Assembly (NCBI RefSeq): GCF_030684315.1
Contig: NC_081390.1
Coordinates: forward strand, 18,810,906 to 18,874,905
DNA: 64,000 nt
Reading direction: 5' to 3'
From: Stegostoma tigrinum
Taxonomy: Eukaryota
Shown: positions 63,490 to 64,000 of the stretch, one piece after another
Layout: each line of letters opens with the position of its first letter
Position numbering within the stretch: position 1 is the stretch's first letter
Made by a program: the position numbers and the translations under genes
The notes under the pieces: generated by a model
What the model was told of the DNA's origin: nothing
The model's database searches: none
The model's input: the letters and a program-made list of their open reading frames with translations, nothing else

Positions 63490-63738
63490 AACAAAAACAG
63501 AAGTTTCTGCAAAAGTTCAGCAGGTCTGGCAGCATCTGCAAAGAAAAAAGTCAGTTAACGTTTTGGGACCGGTGACTGTTCCACAGAACTGGAACAAAAA
63601 CGAAGTTGCTGGAAAAGCTCAGCAGGTTCGGCAGCATCTGTGAAGAAAAAAAAATCAGTTAATATTTCGGGTCCAGAGACCCTTCCTCAGAACTCATGTT
63701 CTGCTGAGCTTTTCCAGCAACTTTGTTTTTGCTCCAGC
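63490..63738 (-). mobile_element. Tandem pair of family C copies plus short inverted tail
   Basis: AAAAC(A)GAAGTT…CAGCAGGT…GCAGCATCTG…TCAGTTAA…CAGAACT occurs twice (63493-63590, 63596-63695), then inverted CTGCTGAGCTTTTCCAGCAACTTTGTTTTTG. Confidence 0.75.
63657..63694 (-). ncRNA. Minimal type I hammerhead ribozyme motif (family C)
   Basis: Minus strand AGTT-CTGAGGA-A-GGGTC-TCTG-GACCC-GAAA-TA-TT-AACT: 4-bp helix I, 5-bp helix II, palindromic helix III. Confidence 0.6.
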
Positions 63739-64000
63739 TCTTATGCCCCAACCCTGAACGTTTGATATGAGAAAGCAACTTGTCAAGCTAATTTGACTTG
63801 CAAATAACCAAATGATATTTTTAATGTTGAGAGAACAATTCAGTTCTATTTAAATACGTACATCGCAAACCCAAGTGTATTTACATGTATTTTCACTCCC
63901 AGCACTCTCATCCTTCTAGTTGGGTGGCACGGTGGCATGAACACTCCAACAGTGTTCAATGATGTTACAAGAACCATACAGTTCATGAACAGCCAATACG

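Overview
Eukaryotic, repeat-rich vertebrate genomic DNA, most likely a cartilaginous fish (inferred from HE1-like tRNA-SINEs, HER1/CR1 LINE fragments and Deu-domain SINE relics). One host gene is supported: annexin A11 (ANXA11) on the + strand, with a putative promoter/non-coding exon 1 near 14.6-14.9 kb, a ~29-kb first intron, and six coding exons (44176-44311, 47462-47562, 53270-53686, 58556-58643, 60132-60226, 61342-61455) that splice in frame; one intron uses a GC donor, and the gene continues beyond the window. Its low-complexity N-terminus carries two young coding tandem repeats. The most striking non-coding structure is a population of Penelope-like retroelements (Neptune-type, Poseidon/Penelope-type and a short third family) whose 3' ends carry minimal hammerhead-ribozyme motifs and which repeatedly occur as head-to-head inverted duplications flanked by ~15-bp target-site duplications, including an apparently perfect 527-bp-arm inverted repeat at 21646-22861 and MITE-sized hairpins. 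Four related ~230-bp solo LTRs are also present. Most of the listed ORFs are chance or repeat-derived.
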